The notes: generated by a model not told the origin, from the letters alone. Positions 23,801 to 36,689 are shown, counted from the first letter of the stretch. The stretch is DNA of 64,000 bases from Ginglymostoma cirratum (GCA_024137785.1 JAHRHZ010000110.1:558001-622000); one strand, 5' to 3'. A program made the numbers and translations.

Positions 23801-24824
23801 AATTTTCCACGACAGGAATACTTGACAAATAACGGATGGAGATGTGAGAAGGTCAGACTGGGACGAAACTTTGTACTTCGGTTACCCAGCGGCTGTGGGA
23901 GAGTCAGTCACTGAGTCTGTTCAAGACTGAAATATCAAAACATCACACATTTAGGGGTTAGTGCAGGAAAATATTGAAAATGCATTTTTCAAAAAGAAAT
24001 GCAGTTTAACATCGGTTACTTTACCAGATCCCTCACACAAGAAAGTAGCCACTGGTGCAGGTAACCATATAATCCCAGTTCCCAGGCCCGGAATCAGAGA
24101 AACTCAATGGCCCAGCCGCGAAGATACAACCGGAAATGGGGATGGCAACGAGCGCGCGGAGCAGCTTTAATTAACATGGACCAAGGGTAATTGGGATATC
24201 AGGATTTGGTAAAGCCATTTTAATCTAAAGCAAATAGTTTTTGGCAGCACAGATATTTGTGGATTGAGGGAGGATATGTCCATGAAAATGTCTCAATTAT
24301 AAAGAAAAATGCTGCAAATATTCATCCCGTAAAGAGAGATGTTTGTGCAGGGAGAAATGAAGGTCAGTTTTCTCTCTCTGAACTTTCTCATACGGTTGAC
24401 TCTGCACGGGGTTAAATTGCAGAAAGGGCCCTTTCGCTAGTTTCATATTATTCATTTTTGTGCAAACACACACAGGCCATTAATGTAATCTAAACTTGTG
24501 AGAAATAACGCGAAAATACGATGTTGTGATTGGGCTCGAGTTTTCCTCACGTTATAGAGGAAAAATAGGAAAGTCGAGTTGAGATTTATTAGAACAGCAG
24601 TGATCTCATTGAATAGCTGAGCGGACTGGATATGGTGAATGGCAGCTCCCTGATGACAAATATATTTTCTTTGCCAGTGAAACTCGCTGCATCACAAAGT
24701 CTTCAGTGAACTGAAGCAGTGACAGTGATGAACTTTGCTGGTTGTTCATGTTGTGAATGTTACCATTGCTGCTCATGTCAGCGTTCACAACATAACTGCA
24801 GTGTGTAAAGCCAAAACACAAAGT

Positions 24825-24896
24825 GGCCCAGTGGTGCAATGGGTAATGTACCTAACTACAAGCAGGTGATTGTAGGTTCGTTTCCTACCTGGCGCG
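24825..24896 (+). pseudogene. tRNA-Arg(ACG-derived) pseudogene
   Basis: GGCCCAGTGGTGCAATGGGTAATG...CTACA...GATTGTAGGTTCGTTTCCTACCTGGCGCG. Confidence 0.8.
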
Positions 24897-25385
24897 AGAG
24901 CGGTTAAACTTTATCGTACCTCTGAACTAATCTTTCTCACTTCTAAAAAGCTGAAGTGACGTTTGAATTTCTGAAGAAATGAGAACGCTTTCATTATCTC
25001 CGATCAGTCAATGTCACCAATGTCCCAGCGTCTTCAGAGAAGGGAAGCTGAAATTGTCCCAAAAGCTGCTCATGCCGATCTTTTGGTTTCCCAAACCCAC
25101 TGACCCAAACCCTGCAGTTCCTGGGAATAGCACGGAAACAAACCATCTCGCCCACTCTCAGCTTCAAGAAACTTTAGAATCTCTTTGGGAAGTGAAATCA
25201 GAGGAGACTGAAGGCTGAACTGTCTGACTGAACAGAGACAGTTCAGGTACCATTCCCATCTTGAAGAGGCTGGGACATTGACTCTCACATTCTCGGTGAC
25301 AGAACGTGTTCCGAGACACTGAGAGGATTCCCGTCAGAACTACTTTCCCTTTCCTATTGTCTCTGTCATGAACAATCAATCCTGT

Positions 25386-25457
25386 TTCCCTGAGCTGGAA
25401 TCATACCCAGGCCGCGCCAATGAAAGTGCCAAATCCTAATCACTCGATCACCAGGAA
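25386..25457 (-). pseudogene. tRNA-Glu(TTC) pseudogene
   Basis: Reverse complement TTCCTGGTGATCGAGTGATTAGGATTTGGCACTTTCATTGGCGCGGCCTGGGTATGATTCCAGCTCAGGGAA, 72 nt. Confidence 0.8.
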
Positions 25458-27154
25458 TGAGGGCAGAAGCACGTGAGTTGCTTCTTAATGAAGCAGCTTT
25501 TGACTTATTTTCTCTTCCAAAATCGAATTCTTATAGGCCCATCAATCGCAGTTTCCAGCACTCAGCCTGCAGTCTTTTATGCTCTGACGTTTCAAGTGTT
25601 CATCTCAGTAATATTTTCCCTGTGACGTTTTAATCTCAGAAGACTCAATAAACGGGATTGGAGTTTGAGATGGTAAAATGTGTTCATGTCCCCCTCAGGG
25701 AACGGAACCTCATTTTCACCCACAAACGGAAGCAATCAGATACATTCCCCCGATAGTGACAGAGGCCTCAGCAGAGACCAACCCCCAGAAAGCAAGGATT
25801 TCATCTACCTGGCATATATTGTTCAATTTCAGACTTCAAAAAGAGAGTCTGTTTCCAGCAAAAAAAGGGAATCATTCGGCCACTCCCCTGTCCGGGTTCC
25901 TCCCTCATTGTTTCCCCATCACTCTGCAATTTATACTGCTCCACCTCATTCTTCCTGCCAAACTGGAACATTTCTCACATCAGCTGCTTCAGAAATATCT
26001 TTCTCAAAACGTGGAAGGACAAAGAGTAATGTACTATTTCAAACGCATTTCTGGCTGGTGGAGGAAGTGACATGGTGGTGTTAATACTGTTGCATCAGTT
26101 AATAGTGTTGCATCAGTTAAAAATTTCTAAAGACAGCGATAATCTGCTGCAGCCATTGCCAAAAGTAACAAAAGCTTTTTCGCCCCTTTCACACGAGAAG
26201 AACCGTTCATATGGACTGAGATTCTGTAAATTCTGACCCAAGGATGGGCAGGAAGCCGCTGATCGAAGCTGCAGTGGCCGCTTTCTGCTGACAGTGGGAA
26301 ATTGTAGAGAGGGGTCAACTCCTTCTCCCTGTCTCTGTTTCATTGTGCGTGGAGCAGGGGAATAGAGATTCAATGATGGGTGTGTTTTGAATTCAATTTG
26401 TCATGGATTTTGCGTGGGTTAAGTGGAAAGACTTGGAGCCTTAATTGTTTGACCCAAAGCAACTGAAGCATTGTATCTGCATGGTCTCCAGCAAGCATCT
26501 TTTCAACTGATGCTGATCCGTTGACCCACGGAAACGGATATCAACAAACTGTGCAAAATCGCCTCATGCGGAGACGCCGGTGTTGGCCTGGAACATACAA
26601 AGTTAGAAATCACACGACACCGGAGTATCGTCCAACTTTCGTAGTCTCACTTCTCCATCAGGTCTTCGAGAGTGCGGTGTCAGACGCAGAATTTATTACT
26701 AAAAGATCAAATATTGGAGAGTACAGTGACATAGCCTGAAACTTGTCCTTATCCCTGTGCCTGTCCCTTTCCGCAGAGGTGATTCATTGAAGGTGCTGTT
26801 TCATTCCAATATTATCATAGAGTTCTCGTGGGTGAAATGTCGGTATGTTGTCGGTATAATTGTTTGATCTGAAACCGCTGAGGCTGCGTGGTCTCGAGCC
26901 ACAGCTCTTTCAGCGACTGACCAATTGAGACACAGAAACCGGCGCCAACATGGCATTCAAAGTCCCCACGTGGATATCTGTCGAGGCGCTGTGCAGCTGG
27001 AGCTCTTGCTGTTTTCAGTACCTGTTGCGCAATTTCCTGCTTTCCTGACCGAAACTGCCAGAGGTCCGAAGGAACTGCAAACACCAGGAAGAAAAGTAGA
27101 CATTTAAAAATTGGCATTGCCCAGCTTTTATATGAGGTGCATCTCAAGCAATTC

Positions 27155-27234
27155 TGGTAACAAAGCAATTTGAACCCCCAACTCATTACAGATTGGAGCA
27201 CAAATCCAGCAGCTTAGACCACTCAGCCACTCTT
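27155..27234 (-). pseudogene. tRNA-Leu pseudogene
   Basis: Reverse complement GTGGCTGAGTGGTCTAAGCTGCTGGATTTGTGCTCCAATCT...GGGTTCAAAT. Confidence 0.7.
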
Positions 27235-27552
27235 GCACAGGCCTTTCAAGTGCCAAAATCATCATTGATTAGTGTTATCAGTAAATTAGAATATTTGTTG
27301 TAGAATATTAATCAATCTGATTAGCGTGAAGAAACTTCGATCCTTTTGTTTTAATATTCTTCCCCTGGATGTGAGTACTTCAGTATTTGTTACAACTTCC
27401 CAGTTGCCTCTGAGAAGATGGTGGGGAGCGGTTTGTTGCAATTGGATCAATCTAACCAACTGGCCCGAACCTGACTGAAGGAACTGTTCAGTCAACATTT
27501 CAATTCTCCTTCAATTGAGACCGACAAAGAGGCACTTGGATGCACGTGCCGT

Positions 27553-27712
27553 GAGTGGCACGATGGCTCCGAGGTTAGCACTGCTGTTTCACAACAGCTT
27601 AGACTTCAGTTCGGTTACACCTCCCAGTGGCTCGCTCTGTCGATTTTACACATTCTCACTATGTCTGCTTGGGTGTGTTCAGTTTTCCTCCCACAGACCA
27701 ATGGTGTGCAGG
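27553..27712 (+). mobile_element. HE1-like V-SINE (tRNA-derived), degenerate
   Basis: GGCACGATGGCTCC..GGTTAGCACTGCTG head plus V-domain-like CACATTCTC..TGTCTGC..TTTCCTCCCACAG..GTGCAGG. Confidence 0.7.
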
Positions 27713-28912
27713 CGACATCACAGTTCATTGTAGCCTGCTTTCATGCCTGAAGCTGCGTAATCTTTTCTCACTTGCTTTCCATGTGAAGACGTCCTCGTTC
27801 AATGCCTTGTAGAAGCTTGCTTTTCTGGTGTCACAGTGCAACACGGATTCATGATTTACCCTCTCTTTTGAATGCATCTCAAGTTAGTCTCTGAAAGGTC
27901 TAATTCTGATATTATCTGCCATGCCTCAATATGTGTGAATCAAAACTAGAAGTCCTCAGTAACGTTTTAGTGTCGACAAACATGTTGGCATTTCTTAGCA
28001 CATGAGCGTCTCGTTCGGTCAACAACGGAAATGAATGGATTTACCGACTCTGAAAAAAGCTCTTGATTCACGCTCCGACACAGTCACGAATATAAAGGTG
28101 TGCTCTGAAATTTAAGCCATGTTGTAAATGAAACTGAGGTAAAGATAGTCAGACTACCTAATGACATTGTATCCATTTTTGTGATATCACAAAAAAGGCT
28201 GTGTTTCCCAGCTGCGTTGGTTATCGAAAGCGGAATGCCCCCAGCATGACATCGGGTACAAGCAGGCTGTACTGCTGCTTCATGTTACAGGCAACTTGCG
28301 TTGCTCATCCTCTTCACTGAAAGCGAATGAAAATTGTTATACCATTTCTGCGGTGAAATCAAATCCAGCATGAATTCTAATCGCAGTTATTTGCTGTGGT
28401 GGAGAAAAGGAGGCAATTGTGATGTGAAATTTTGTTAAATTTCTCTCATTTCCTTAATTTCTGACCTGGAGAAGGGAACTGATGAGACGCCTTCTCGATC
28501 CACTGCAATCGTTGCCATGCAGGCACACCCGCATTTTTGATCAGAAGGGAAACCCAGCCTCTTTGAGACTGTGATTGCTAATCGTCAACTTTCAGGGGTC
28601 ATTCTCATTCTGTTCTTTTTTTTCTTATTTGAGCATTTTCCGGAAAGTGATGTTGGACTAAACTCCCAGTATAATTGGAAGCGCAGTTTGGAATTACCGA
28701 GCTGCCACTTGTGTGAGTGGTTCGTGACACAGGCAAGTTGAGGTGTCTTACCGACACCTTTCGTGCTTTGGTGTGTCTGCAACTGCGTTTGCCTTCTCAT
28801 TTTGGCTTCGGTTGCAAGTTAAGAGCTGTTTGTTTGGGTCTTCGTTCAATTACTGAGGAGCGAACATGATTATCTTCCTGCAGCCAAAAAAGTTAAAGGC
28901 TAAGGAGCCCTT

Positions 28913-28986
28913 CCTCTCTGGGTGGGCTCAAATCACGAACCTTTCTGTTAACAGCTGAATGCTCTAACCGATTGCACCACAAAGCT
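28913..28986 (-). pseudogene. tRNA-Asn(GTT) pseudogene
   Basis: Reverse complement GTGGTGCAATCGGTTAGAGCATTCAGCTGTTAACAGAAAGGTTCGTGATTTGAGCCCACCCAG, 74 nt. Acceptor stem broken. Confidence 0.8.
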
Positions 28987-29479
28987 GTACTCGATTGTGC
29001 CTTGCAAACAAACAAATAAACCGGGGTTCAGCAACTGTTGCGTTGTCTGAATGGACAGCGTGAAAACAAACACTTCGGTGCACCTCAGCCATGCCGGCTA
29101 GATATGCTCAATACATTTAGCCCCATTTGCCAGCATTTGGCCCTTATCCCCCTAAAGACTTCGGATTCATGCACGCATCCAGATGCATTTGAAACGTTGT
29201 TATTTCACCAGCTTCCACAACTTCCTCCGTAAGTTCATTCCATTCACGCACCGCCTTCTGCGTGAAAAATGCCCCTCAGCTCCCATTTCATTTTCCCCTC
29301 TCACCTTCAATAGGTGAGAACACTATAGTTCTGGACTCGCCCAGCCGGTGAATAAATGCCTCGAACATTCACCCTCATAACTTTATAAACTTCTCTAAGT
29401 TCTCATCCCCCGATGTCGCAGGGAAATTTCGTCCAGCCTATTCAACTTAGCCCAACAACCCAAGCTGCACAACCCCAGC

Positions 29480-30810
29480 AAGAAAGTGATTGACAGATTT
29501 CTGCAGACTGGAAACATCAAAGGCTCAGGGAACCGTGGGAGAAAATGCTGAAAATATGCATAACAGTAATCAGACCAGTTTAGTACTCTGAGGTTCAGCA
29601 ATTTCCACAAAAAGTCAGGAACTACTTGTGAAGACGATCATATAATCCGAGTTCACAGCCGATTTCCCAACTAATAAGGGATAATTGGAAATATGGAGCC
29701 ATTTCAGTGTACGTCCCTCTAGTGGTACAGTTGGTTAACGCGCGGTGCTTAAATTTTAGTGTAGAGGCGTGTGCAATACCGAAATTGTGCGTTGAGGCAT
29801 CTACTGGTGCAGTTTTGATTTGTCGTGGGATAAGACGGTAAGGAGGAAAGTTAATTTTGATCAATGTTTATGTGTAATTGCCAGTTTCTGAGGATTTGAA
29901 ATGAGTCAACGATCGACAAACATCTTGGATATGTTGGAAATGGCAAGAAATATTTGCGGAGAGAGAATAAAAAATGTTTTTTTCTCTGACCCCAAACGTT
30001 TCTAGTATGACTAATGAAAACTGAGTTTAGTTGCGGGAAAAACGCAGTTTAACTCGCTTCAATTCATTCAATTTGCTGCAAACTCCACAGCTCATTGAAT
30101 TAATCAAAAAGGAATTCGATTTATCTAATTGAAATGTGCGAATGTTACATTCTATTTTGTTCAGAATTTTTATCAGCTTATCGTAAAGAGCTGCTGAGAA
30201 CAAAGGAGGGTTCAAAACGCAAAAAGACAGAGCCCTGTTTGTGGATTTCTTAGGTGGAGTTCAGACAGTATGAAATGTACCGAACATCATCGGAATGTGG
30301 TCAAATAGATAAGGCACTATTTCAAAGCGGGAATTGCGGCTCTGAGCGACTGTTTCCTTCCGACTCGACTGGGTCTACCTTTACTTTTTAATTGAAAAAA
30401 ATATTCAGTTTCATTTAAAATGCAATCTTATTCAACTGCAGGAGTACAATAAATTTCTTTACACGTGAAGTCAAAGAAAATCGAAACCATTCCCTCTCCG
30501 CCACATACTTTGTCCAACTGTTAAGGTTCCTCCTTAGGGTGTAGGTCCATGATTCTTTGAGGTTTACGTCACATATAGACAGGGTGGGTAAACAGGCTTT
30601 TGACACGCTTGCGTTTGAGTTTGGGAGTTGGACAGTCATGTTGAAACTGTACAGGATTTTGAGACCTCTTCTGGAATACAGTGTGCAGTTTCAATCGCAC
30701 AGTTGCAGGAGGCATATTATTAAGCTGGCCAGTATTTTGAAGCGGTTTACCAGGCTGTTGCCTGCTATGAAAGGTTTGATTTATAAAGAAAGGTTGGATT
30801 GACTTGGACA
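29480..30810 (+). repeat. Inverted duplication with ~49280-50615
   Basis: Colinear reverse complement, including the Ile-TAT relic and a CR1 fragment. Confidence 0.8.
29716..29811 (+). pseudogene. Intron-containing tRNA-Ile(TAT-derived) pseudogene, anticodon now TAA
   Basis: 96 nt = 74 nt tRNA plus a 22-nt intron at 29754-29775 (TTTTAGTGTAGAGGCGTGTGCA). Confidence 0.75.
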
Positions 30811-30990
30811 TTTTTCGCTGGTGCTTAGGATGTTGACGGGCGATCTGACAAAATTTATAAAATAATGAGACGTGTCGACAGTACTAATGGTATTAGTCTT
30901 TCCCCTAGGATGGGATATTTCAAGACTAGGGGGCATTTTTAAGTTGGAAGAAGATAATTTTAACAAAAGATACGAGAGGCAGAACTTTAC
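30535..30990 (+). mobile_element. CR1 ORF2 C-terminal fragment
   Basis: Peptide MLKLYRILRPLLEYSVQF...YKERLD aligns with the C-terminus of the 34981 ORF. Confidence 0.75.
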
Positions 30991-31246
30991 AATGACTGTA
31001 AATAAAACAACAGCAATTTCCAGCAGAGAAACAGGTGGCAGAGAAATGGGCGACAGTGAAGCAGGCATGTAAGTACAAATGTGTTTCGTTTGCCAGTGAA
31101 ATTCACTGCTTCACAAGTGGAGAACATTGAAGTCAAGCAGTGAAGATAATACCTTTGCTGGTTATTCACCTTGCGAATGCTTTTTTCCGCTGATATCCCT
31201 GTTAATATCAAAAGCGGACAAGATGAAAACTGCAGCAATACGTGTG

Positions 31247-31306
31247 GAACCAGTGGAGTAATTGATACGGTTTGGGAGATTGAAATGTTGTATCCTCTCT
31301 CGCTCG
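31247..31306 (+). pseudogene. Deleted tRNA-Arg relic
   Basis: CCAGTGGAGTAATTGATA...GAGATTG...CGCTCG at the same module position as the Arg relics at 34933 and 63559. Confidence 0.35.
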
Positions 31307-32003
31307 AGTGAAGTTCACAGCTTTTCTACCCTTGCAAATTGACAGTTGCTTCCAAAGCGGAATGTGTTCCTCGTGCTGTTTTTTTTTTTTTTGTCAGATT
31401 CCCAGCAGCTGAAGTGATTGGATCGCTGGGTTTTAGAAATTGAAAGTTACACATGAGCAACATCAGTGTGGGACTATTTCAGCTCACTGTCCATTTCATA
31501 TCCCAGTTCATGGCAACAGCTCCCATTGTCAGGGTGAACTGCTCGTCTTCTACATAAAGCTAGCTTTTGTAGGGGCACCTTTTGTAAGGCGACAGAGCAT
31601 GGATATGAAGGAGACAGAGTGCTTATAATCCTGAGACCTCTGTCACTCACGGGGTATATATTTGTGTATCTCCCCCTGTGGTTTGACATGAGGATAATTA
31701 ACGGGACTTTAACATAGTTTTATCATTTCGAACTTCAGTCTCATTCATTGATTACAGGGATGAACTCATTGAAATTTGCCCTCGAAAATTAAGAACACCA
31801 ACGGCGTTGGGTCAAAGGCTGGAAACTGAAACTAGAATAGATGGATGCCTGATAAAGCGCACTAACATAAATTCTGAATGGTCTCGTCCCACGCTATAAA
31901 AACTCGGAAGACAAGTAGAAAATGATCTTTCGCCAAAAGGAGCAATAACATGAACAGGCAAAACGAATGCCAGTGAGAAAAGATGCCAGGCCGCTCAATG
32001 CCT

Positions 32004-32074
32004 AACTTGGTAGTCTAGTGGTTAGGATTGGCACTTTCACTGCCGTCGCCTGCGTTCGATTCCCAGTCAGGGAA
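32004..32074 (+). pseudogene. tRNA-Glu(TTC) pseudogene with intact B-box
   Basis: TGGTAGTCTAGTGGTTAGGATTGGCACTTTCACTGCCG..GTTCGATTCCCAGTCAGGGAA. Acceptor 5' strand mutated. Confidence 0.85.
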
Positions 32075-33151
32075 TTCAAGCTATGGTTTCCTAGTTTTGC
32101 ATGACCTTATGCACTTTATTGCAAACGATAATCAAGTGAGCATGTAAAAAAGAACTACAGATGCTGGAAATCTGAAAACAAACAAACAAAAAAAATGTGA
32201 TCGACAATCTGAGAAGTTCTTGCAATTCCTGTGGAGAGAAACAGAGTTAATGCTTCGGATCCACTGAGGCTTGGTCAGAATCAGATTAGTTATGCTTTTC
32301 CACATTATAATATTGGCGAAATTATCACTTTTATCTGCCGTATCAACATACTTATTGAAACATCTCCTCAGATTCCAACCGATAACGTTACAACTTTAAA
32401 AGCACTTTATCATATCTAATGCTGCTTCTGTTGTCCTGAGGTGGGGAAAGGTTCTGCTAAAATGGTTGCCTTTTCCTTTCCTTTTCTTTCATTAACAGCC
32501 ATGTTGTTTGAAGAAGTGGTTCCTTTCAGTGTCTATCTCAATATGTGTCTCTAATTGCTTCACGTTGTCGTTTTGTATCCGCCTCAGCCTCTTTCATGTT
32601 CTCCCACTCTCCATCTGCCCATATCCGTCATCTGCGATTACTGCTCTTTGAAAAGTCCACAATTCGGAGAGTGCTTGAGGGTGGAAGTGATGATGGAGGT
32701 GCAGAAAGGGTCCCCCTCCCCTCCCCTCTCACCCCGTCTGACAGTAAAGTCTAGAATTGGGCTAATACTATTCGGATAATCCGTCTGTCCCTTCGGCCTG
32801 AGGAAAGGAGGCATTTCTTCCATCAAAGTATGATGATCTGTTAGACTTTGAAATAGAATTCCCAATCCACTAGCGAAGGACAAAAATGACTCCACCAGAA
32901 TCATGTGATGACAATGATGTCTCTCCTGTCGGTGTAAGGTGAATGAACGTTGACAGCAGAGAATGATCAGCTCGTCGTGTCTATGCTATTACCACTACAT
33001 TCTCCAATAAGGCTGTAGTTTATCTTGCCTCATAATGTTATTCTCCTAAACCCCACAAGGTAGGTTCAGTTCTACACAGCAACATCGCTGATTGGGTCAA
33101 CAATATGGCATTTGGGAGAAGTTTAAGTGAGAAATGGTAAGCATAAAGCAC

Positions 33152-33210
33152 AGGCACCACTGGGATTTCCTGCTTATTTACAGTCGATTTACCCACCTAA
33201 GGCAGCAACC
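33152..33210 (-). pseudogene. Deleted tRNA-Thr relic
   Basis: Reverse complement ends AATCCCAGTGGTGCCT, matching the Thr-AGT 3' end; remainder is weak. Confidence 0.35.
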
Positions 33211-34217
33211 CACAGTCTGCTGATTACTTTGCTGACACCGATACATACATTTTTCTAAACATGCAATCAGTAACTTTTTTTTTCTGCGTCAATTTTGCTG
33301 AGTGAAAATTTCAAATAAACTGTTTTTTGCAAAGTACGAGTAGTTCACAGCCGAACGCTCTCCTCTGAAAATGCACAGAAAGAGACAATCTCCTGTTGCA
33401 CTGGTTTCAAACTGACCATTTCACCTGATTGAGGAAAGAAATGTGTCCTTTCACATATTGGGGCAAGAAATGTCTCCTTTCCTCGGGCCAAAGGTACAGA
33501 CACAATTTCGAAATAATATTGGCCCAGTTCTACAGCTGGCGGGGGGAAATGCCTCTCTGCACCTTCACTCTCAAGCACTCTCCGAATTTGAGACTTTTCA
33601 AAGAGCAGAAATGGGAAATGCGGGATATGGACAGATGGAGAGTGGGAGAAATCGAAAGGGGCTTACGTGGATACACAAAGACAAATAGGGACAAACTTAG
33701 ACACATATTGAGGTAGACATTGAAAGGACCAATTCTTCATTCGACATGGCTACTAAGGGACAGAAAAGGAAAGGAAAAATAAAAAACAACAATTGAAACA
33801 TAACTGTCCCCACCTCAGTGCAATGGAAGCAGCATCAGAGCCACTAATTTCCTTTTAAAGTCATCAAGTTAACGGATGGAAACTGAGGAGATATTTTGAT
33901 AAACATGCTGATTCGACAGATAATAGGGATTATTTCCAAGCTTCACAATATAGAAGTGCATAACCAGCCTCGTTCTGACAAACGATCAGTGGATTCACAG
34001 CATGACCTCTGCTTATCTCCACAGATGCTGCAAGACCCGCTGAGGTTGTCTTATCGATTCATGTTTTTGTTTCAGGTTTCCAGCAACCGCAGATCACTGC
34101 TATATGTTGTCCTCAATATCGTTTGGGATGAGATAGGTTACCTCACAGCCTTTTCCTGCTTCTGAAAATTAGTCAGCAGTGCTGTGGTGACGAAAAACTA
34201 GCAGATGACAACATGCA

Positions 34218-34289
34218 TTTCCTAACAGGGAATTGAACCCGGGCTGCGGTGGTCAGGGCACTGGATCCTAACCATTAGGGAAGGTGCTG
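34218..34289 (-). pseudogene. tRNA-Glu pseudogene (5' end lost)
   Basis: Reverse complement CTAATGGTTAGGATCCAGTGC..ACCACCGCAGCCCGGGTTCAATTCCCTGTTAGGAAA. Confidence 0.75.
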
Positions 34290-34980
34290 CACATAGTGGC
34301 ATCTTTGCTCAGTGACGCTGCTTTTGCCTTTTCAATTTTTGCTCATTTTGACTGCCGATCAGTTTCTCCCTGTGTTCGAGATTTTATGGCGTGGAAGTAA
34401 GACCATTCGGCTCATCGTGCCAGTGCGTGTCATTAGGCACCCATCTAGTGTAGTTGCATTTTACAGAATTTGACCCACCGTCTTGTGTGATGGTTAAAGG
34501 GTAAATATCAATGAGATTCTCCCTGTAATCAACGAATAAGACTGAGACATCTTGATAGTACAACTGTGTTACAACCCACTTGAGGAATTCATCCTCATTT
34601 TTAGCCACACAGGGAGACACACAGACGCATCAGAGAGTGACAGAGGCCTCGGGACTATCCTCGCTCCATGTGCTTCATGTTCACTCTCCGACCCCACACA
34701 AGTTTCCCCAATAAAAGGCTGCTTTCCGTGGAACACAAGCAAGTTCCCCAGACAATAAGAACTGATGTTGTGAGTTCGGATTTGAAGCAGACTGTGAGCT
34801 GAAAAGGTCCCACACGCTGCTCATGTGCAAGTTTTAATTTCCAGTTACTTCAGATCCTGGGAATCTGACAACAAAAACGCCCAGCACACATTCCGTTTTC
34901 GAAACAAGTGTCTAAAAACTATCGAATGCACTCGAGTCGATTGCAGGACTTAAACCGACAATCGTCTAATCTGAAGTCAG

Positions 34981-36600
34981 ATGCGTTATTTGCTCAACAA
35001 ATATTTCTCATCTGTTTTCACTCAGGAAAAGGAGAATATTGTCGAAGAGAAGACTGAGATACGGGATATTAGACTTGAAAGGATTGAGGTTATTAAGGAG
35101 GAGGTGTTATCAATCCTGGAAGGTGTGAAGGGAGATAAGTCCCCTGGGCTAGATGGGATTTTTCCGAGGATTCTCTGGGAAGCTAGGGTGGAGATGGCGG
35201 AGCCTTTGGCCTTGATCTTTGAGTCGTCATTGGCTACAGGTTTAGTACCAGAGGACTGGAGGATTGCAAATGTTGTGCCCTTGTTCAAGAAGGGCAGTAG
35301 AGATGACCCAGGTAATTATAGACCAGTGAGCATAACATCTGTTGTAGGAAAAGTTTTGGAAAGGATTATAAGAGATAGGATTTATAATCATCTAGCAAGC
35401 AACAATTTTATTGGAGATAGTCAACATGGATTCATCAAGGGCAGGTCGTGTCTCACAAACCTCATTGAGTTTTTTGCAAAGGTGACCAAGCATGCGGATG
35501 AGGGTAGGGCAGTTGACGTGGTGTACATGGACTTCAGTAAAGCCTTTGATAAGATTCCACATGGTCGGCTATTGGAGAAAATGCGGAGGCATGGGATTGT
35601 GGGAGATTTAGCAGTTTGGGTTAGAAACTGGCTTTCTGAAAGAAGCCAAAGAGTGGTGGTTGATGGAAAATATTCAGCCTGGATTACGGTTACTAGTGGT
35701 GTGCCACAAGGATCTGTTTTGGCACCACTGCTGTTAGTCATTTTTATAAATGACTTGGACGCAGACATAGGTGGATGGGTTAGTAAGTTTACAGATGACA
35801 CTAAAGTCGGTGGAGTGGTGGACAGTGTGGAAGAATGTTGCAGGTTGCAGGGAAACTTGGGTAAACTGCAGAATTGGGCTGAAAGGTGGCAAATGGAGTT
35901 CAATGCAGACAAATGTGAGGTGATGCACTTTGGGAAGAATAATAGGAAGGCAGAATATTGGGTCAATGGAAAGATTCTTGGTAGTGTGGATGTACAGAGG
36001 GATCTTGGCGTCCAGGTACATAGATCCCTGAAAGTTGCCACCCAGGTTGATAGTGCTGTTAAGAAGGCATACGGTGTGTTAGGTTTCATTGATAGCGGGA
36101 TTGAGTTCCGGAGCCGTGATGTCATGCTGCAACTGTACAAAACGCTCGTGCGGCCTCACTTGGAATATTGTGTACAGTTCTGGTCGCCCCATTACAGGAA
36201 GGATGTGGAAGAATTGGATAAAGTGCAGAGGAGAGTTACCAGGATGTTGACTGGCCTGGAACGAAGTTCTTATGAGGAAAGGCTGAGGGACTTGGGTCTG
36301 TTCTCATTGGAGAGAAGAAGGCTAAGAGGGGCTTCAATAGAGACCTACAAAATGATCAGAGGATTAGATAGGGTGAACAGTGAGAGTCTTTTTCCTAGCA
36401 TGATGACGTCGGCTAGTACGAGGGGGCATAGATGCAAATTGAGGGGTGATAGATTTAAGACAGATGTCAGAGGCAGCTTCTTTACTCAGAGAGTGGTAAG
36501 GGCGTGGAATGCCCTGCCTGCCAATGTAGTTAATTCAGCCACATTAGGGGCATTTAAACAGTCCTTGGATAAGCATATGGTTGATGATGGGATAGTGTAG
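34981..36600 (+). CDS. CR1-clade LINE ORF2, reverse transcriptase domain (5'-truncated, lacks endonuclease)
   Basis: 539 aa with KSPGLDG, NYRPVS, QHGF..GRSC.TNL, DFSKAFD, GVPQGSVL, FTDD (FADD variant) and the CR1 C-terminal LERRRLRG..IETYK. Confidence 0.9.
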   Translation: MRYLLNKYFSSVFTQEKENIVEEKTEIRDIRLERIEVIKEEVLSILEGVKGDKSPGLDGIFPRILWEARVEMAEPLALIFESSLATGLVPEDWRIANVVPLFKKGSRDDPGNYRPVSITSVVGKVLERIIRDRIYNHLASNNFIGDSQHGFIKGRSCLTNLIEFFAKVTKHADEGRAVDVVYMDFSKAFDKIPHGRLLEKMRRHGIVGDLAVWVRNWLSERSQRVVVDGKYSAWITVTSGVPQGSVLAPLLLVIFINDLDADIGGWVSKFTDDTKVGGVVDSVEECCRLQGNLGKLQNWAERWQMEFNADKCEVMHFGKNNRKAEYWVNGKILGSVDVQRDLGVQVHRSLKVATQVDSAVKKAYGVLGFIDSGIEFRSRDVMLQLYKTLVRPHLEYCVQFWSPHYRKDVEELDKVQRRVTRMLTGLERSSYEERLRDLGLFSLERRRLRGASIETYKMIRGLDRVNSESLFPSMMTSASTRGHRCKLRGDRFKTDVRGSFFTQRVVRAWNALPANVVNSATLGAFKQSLDKHMVDDGIV

Positions 36601-36689
36601 GGGGATGGGCTTAGATTAGTTCACAGGTCGACGCAACATCGAGGGCCGAAATGCCTGTTCTGCGCTGTATTGTTTAATGTTCTATGTTT
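34990..36689 (+). mobile_element. Young 5'-truncated CR1 LINE with 3' UTR and (TTCTATG)-like tail
   Basis: Uninterrupted RT ORF, then GAGGGCCGAA..CCTGTTCTGCGCTGTA..TGTTCTATG 3' end. Flanks rejoin into a tRNA. Confidence 0.92.

Larger units (their letters stand above)
24510..27515 (-). repeat. Segmental duplication arm A2 (inverted copy of 405-3630)
   Basis: See arm A1. Confidence 0.85.

Noticed and set aside
26081-26120. 18-bp tandem duplication
   Set aside because: Ordinary slippage event; single copy in the paralog near 2015-2035.
35421-36140. 239-aa antisense ORF
   Set aside because: Shadow frame of the CR1 RT coding sequence.
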